Shown piece by piece: positions 22,806 through 26,527 of a stretch of DNA of 26,527 bases. Under the pieces are notes generated by a model that saw only the letters and a list, made by a program, of their open reading frames with translations, searched no databases and was not told the DNA's origin. Numbering within the stretch: the stretch's first letter is position 1; each line of letters begins with the position of its first letter. A program made the translations under genes and the position numbers. This stretch comes from Octopus sinensis. Its lineage: Eukaryota. The DNA is taken from positions 1 to 26,527 of the forward strand of contig NW_021834027.1 of NCBI RefSeq assembly GCF_006345805.1. Direction: 5' to 3'.

Positions 22806-23067
22806 TTTAGCAGAAGCAACAAAGTGACCCAAAGGCCTTTGTCTCTAATCAAAACTTATGTGTAGAACATGCATGGGTTACGAGCGAGGGGCGATTTGGC
22901 AGTTTAATAAAACAATTGTAATCTGCCAAAAACCAAATCTATTTTAACGAAAATATTCTTCATAAGTTTTCTCCGATTATTTTATGAATTCCCTTTCAGC
23001 TTTGATGACAGATTCAATGCGGGACTTCACATGCCTCCACTAAAAGGTTCGGATTCACTTGAGATGC

Positions 23068-23198
23068 CTCCTCTTCTTTCTTCTTCTTCTCCTCCTCCTC
23101 CTTCTTCTTCTTCTTCTTCTTCTTCTTCTTCTTCTTCTTCTTCTTCTTCTTCTTCTTCTTCTTCTTCTTCTTCTCCTTCTCCTCCTTCTTCTTCTTCT
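23068..23198. repeat. (TTC)n/(TCC)n microsatellite
   Basis: Directly visible. Confidence 0.95.
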
Positions 23199-23429
23199 TG
23201 TACCTTACTTCCAAGAACAAAGGTTGATTAAATTCTAGCAATCTTCTCCTCTCCCGCCTGACCCCGTACAATATTCAGTCGGTCAATTTCTGAAGCCAGT
23301 TAGGAAGACCATCGAGTATCTGATACCTTCTCTGTTTATCTGCATACCTGCCTGCTTGTCTGTCTGTTTGTGTGTCTGTCTGCCTGTCTGTGTGTCTGTG
23401 TCTGACTGTCTGTCTGTCTCTTTTCAGTT

Positions 23430-24040
23430 AAACTATGATACAGCGAGGATGTCGACCAGCGTCTCTTCCAACGATGCTCCAACCGCTGAGGTCCACAGAA
23501 TTTAAATTTGGCGAGTTTGGAGCCTAAAGTTTGTTGTTACCTGATCATGAAGACTGTCTGATATTCATTCCTGGCTTACTTGTGCTTTGTGAGAAAGTAC
23601 TGAGCCTCGTCGAAAGAAAGAGTTGAACAGTTGTCTTCAACTGCTCAACATATCCAGAAGCATTAATCCTAAGACGCCATTCAATGATGTCAGGTGGTAT
23701 GACATGATCTTCGTTGCTGATCATCCCTAAAGACTCCCAATTGATGGAAATTAAGTGTAAATCACTCTGGGGATAGAAGAGTTTGTACATAAATTTCTGG
23801 CATTCCTCCTGTTACATTTTTGGTATTGGTAGTTTTTTAATCAGAGTTTTTTCATCAGAGAAGAACCAAAACGTGCTCTGTTCGTGTGGGGTGTAACCGC
23901 TCCGCACAGATCAAACACTTTTTCTATCTTTGCAAACATTATTTGGCCACGCTTCGTTTCATTCGACTCATCTCCTCGTGAAAAATGTCTTCTTTGATAC
24001 ATTTCATACATTCCAGCCAGAAGCTTCCCTCGCTATCCAG
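23430..24040 (-). pseudogene. Decayed Tc1/mariner transposase, maT/DD37D-like
   Basis: Minus strand across frameshifts: FWFFSDEK (about 23848-23871), LGMISNEDHVIPP...LRINASGYVEQLKTTV, SVLSHKAQVSQE*, PNSPNLNSVDLSGWSIV (compare WPPNSPDLNPLDYYVW). No TIRs recognised. Confidence 0.82.
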
Positions 24041-24069
24041 ACTTTGCCTACAAAAGATCTTGCAATATT

Positions 24070-24174
24070 GAGGCTATAGTAGGAAACACTTGCCCAAGGT
24101 GCGGCACAGTAGGAATGAACACGGAGCCATGTGGTTGGGAAGCAAACCTCTGACCACACAGCGAAGTCAGTGCC
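24070..24174 (-). mobile_element. Family B SINE head fragment
   Basis: ggctatagtaggaaacacttgcccaaggtgcggcac...ccatgtggttgggaagcaaac...accacacagc aligns with 22710-22795. Confidence 0.8.
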
Positions 24175-24176
24175 TA

Positions 24177-24268
<92 letters not shown>

Positions 24269-24370
24269 GATCTGTCTGTCTATCTGTCTGTCTGCCTATC
24301 AATGTATGATTATATATATACGTATATATATATATATATATACTCTGATATATGTGTGTATATGTGTGTT
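24177..24370. repeat. (TATC)n, (TGTC)n and (TA)n
   Basis: Directly visible. Confidence 0.9.
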
Positions 24371-24817
24371 AAGTTATGTGATAAAGAAGATTTATGTATT
24401 TGCCACTGATGGATAAACAAAGAAATAAAAATAAAATTTCATATATCTATAAGATAAGCAAACAGAATATATAAATAAGTATATTTAGGATTTATTATAG
24501 AGGATGGTAAGACAACGGGAAAACGCCACAAAGCGTTGCTTCTTCAATATATATATATATATATATATATACACAAAGACATACACATGCACACACAGAG
24601 ATACATGTATATATATATACATACATGCATATACACAGATACACACACACATGTTTTTACATATATATATACATATATATTAATGTATGTATATATTTAT
24701 ATATTTTAATTTGTATATGTGTGTATGTATGTTAAAGAATTATACATACATACATACATGAGTGAAAATGCAATACATTCTACATTGATATAGCAAATAA
24801 TAGCAGTAGTTGTAGTT

Positions 24818-24821
<4 letters not shown>

Positions 24822-24881
<60 letters not shown>
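24822..24881. repeat. (TAA)n microsatellite
   Basis: Directly visible. Confidence 0.95.
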
Positions 24882-24883
<2 letters not shown>

Positions 24884-25062
24884 GCGTGCATTGAGAGTTA
24901 ATTAATTGATTTCGAAGTTTTCCATTCGTATTTGTTGTTGTTGTTGTTTTTGCTCTCCCTTTCGCCATACTTATATTCTTGTCTCGCATATCTTCAATTA
25001 ACATTCCTGCAAAACTTGTTTGTTACCATGACAATACTCACTGTCTTTCAACTGTCAATTCT

Positions 25063-25106
25063 GTATGTATGTATGTATCTATCTATCTATGTATCTATCT
25101 ATCTTA

Positions 25107-25139
<33 letters not shown>

Positions 25140-25146
25140 TATATAT

Positions 25147-25196
<50 letters not shown>

Positions 25197-25386
25197 TACA
25201 TGCATATATATATACATAATATATAATATATACATATATATGTATAAATAATGATATATATACACATATATATACACTCATATATATGTATGTGTGTGTT
25301 TGTATATATATATATGTGTGTTTATAATTACATACTACATACACACACACACACACACACACACATATGTATATGTATGTATATAT
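25063..25386. repeat. Compound TATG/TATC/TC/TA/CA microsatellite
   Basis: Directly visible. Confidence 0.9.
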
Positions 25387-25856
25387 TGCAGTCCTCTTCT
25401 CTTTCTCTGCTTGAAATCCATGGTTACCTAATGACACGTGATGCCACTCTAATCGCGATAAGCTGGTGGCCATAACATTCCCCCACTAATTGTGATTGTT
25501 TTGTTGCTATGACAACACCTAAATCCTTGTTGTTGCTTTGTTGCAACTACGCTTCTGCTGGTGCTGCTGCGTCTGTCGTTGCTGTAGTTATTGTTGCTGC
25601 TGCCGCCGTCGCCATCTTTTCGTTGCTGTTGTTGCTGTTGTTGTTGATGTTGTTGTTTCTTCTGCTGTAGTAAACAATTTTACAATACATGAATACATTA
25701 AAATATGTCATCTGTTTTAGTTGTGGTGATTTCGTGTTGAATGCACCGGTTCTCGTCCGATCCCCGATGCTGAAGAAAATAAGACCTTGGAAGTACTTAC
25801 TTGGCTGACAGCGTGGGACATCTTAAGTGTCATTATTATCAACATCTCGGTGATAA

Positions 25857-25992
25857 TGTGTGGTCAAGTGGTTAGAGCGTTCGGTTCACGATACTAATGT
25901 CGTGGTTTCGATTCCTGCATCACTCTACGCGTTGTATCTTTGAGCAACGCTATTTATTTTAAGCTGCTCCGGTCTACTCAGTTGAAAATGAA
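25857..25992 (+). mobile_element. Family C SINE head plus CORE-like domain, old
   Basis: tggtcaagtggttagagcgttcggttcacgat...ggtttcgattcctg...ttgagcaacgctatttatttt...gctccggtctactcagttg. Confidence 0.75.
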
Positions 25993-26014
25993 CAAAAGGT
26001 GCTTCCCGACCAAA

Positions 26015-26235
26015 TGCGTGGCACCTTGGGCAAGGATCTTCCAATATAGCCCTAGGCAGAACAAAGCCTTGTGCGTGGATATTGGAGACACGCACTCACA
26101 TGTGCGTGTGCTTTTAGTTTGTGTTCTTCCCTCTTCGCTTGACAACTGGTGTTGTCTTTACGTCCTCGAAACTGAGCGGTTCGCCAAAAGAGATCGATAG
26201 AGTAAGCACCAGTCTTTCAAAATGTACTGGAGTAG
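26015..26235 (+). mobile_element. Family B SINE internal fragment, old
   Basis: tgcgtggcaccttgggcaag...aaagccttgtgcgtggat...cgcttgacaactggtg...gcggttcgccaaaagagatcgatag matches the family B copies. Confidence 0.8.
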
Positions 26236-26527
26236 TTCTTTGTGTTTCAGCTTTAAAATCTTGGATGTGTCTCTGCACCAAAGAGAGACAAAGCAAAAAA
26301 GATATCTTTGCTTGTGATTACACAGGCACCAAAACAATTAGCGAAAGCATGGTACACATTACCAAACCGTATTCGTTCTCGTGTTACCCTAGCATTTAGA
26401 TCTTAAACAAACACAATTGAAAAAGATGAAGCAAACCCGATATTGCGGCCTTCGTACTTTTATCGCTGTTATAAGAGAACAGAAGAAATGTGTGAAAGCA
26501 ATTCACATAAATCCGTGAGGCTAGCAT

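Noticed and set aside
23852-23858. CUGAUGA hammerhead core on the minus strand
   Set aside because: It is the Ser-Asp-Glu codons of the transposase FSDEK motif.

Overview
AT-rich, microsatellite-saturated animal non-coding DNA, either intronic or intergenic. Repeat content suggests a cephalopod, most likely Octopus; this is an inference from recalled SINE motifs, not a database hit. I found no convincing host exon, and almost all supplied ORFs are translations of simple repeats. Supportable content: about 14 copies or fragments of tRNA-derived SINEs in three or four families (two with clear 14-16 bp target-site duplications), two decayed Tc1/mariner transposases (one DD41D/DUF4817-like, one maT/DD37D-like), a 448 bp non-autonomous Helitron, a decayed Penelope-like GIY-YIG endonuclease fragment, and RTE- and Dong/R4-like LINE remnants. 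Signals that need a second look: (1) several Penelope-type minimal hammerhead-ribozyme-like folds, some with very long helix II inserts, inside short elements mostly embedded in microsatellites; (2) a hairpin with 110 bp arms, two mismatches and older outer arms; (3) an RFX X-box directly followed by a palindromic CRE, resembling the vertebrate MHC-II X1-X2 module; (4) CTCF-like motifs.
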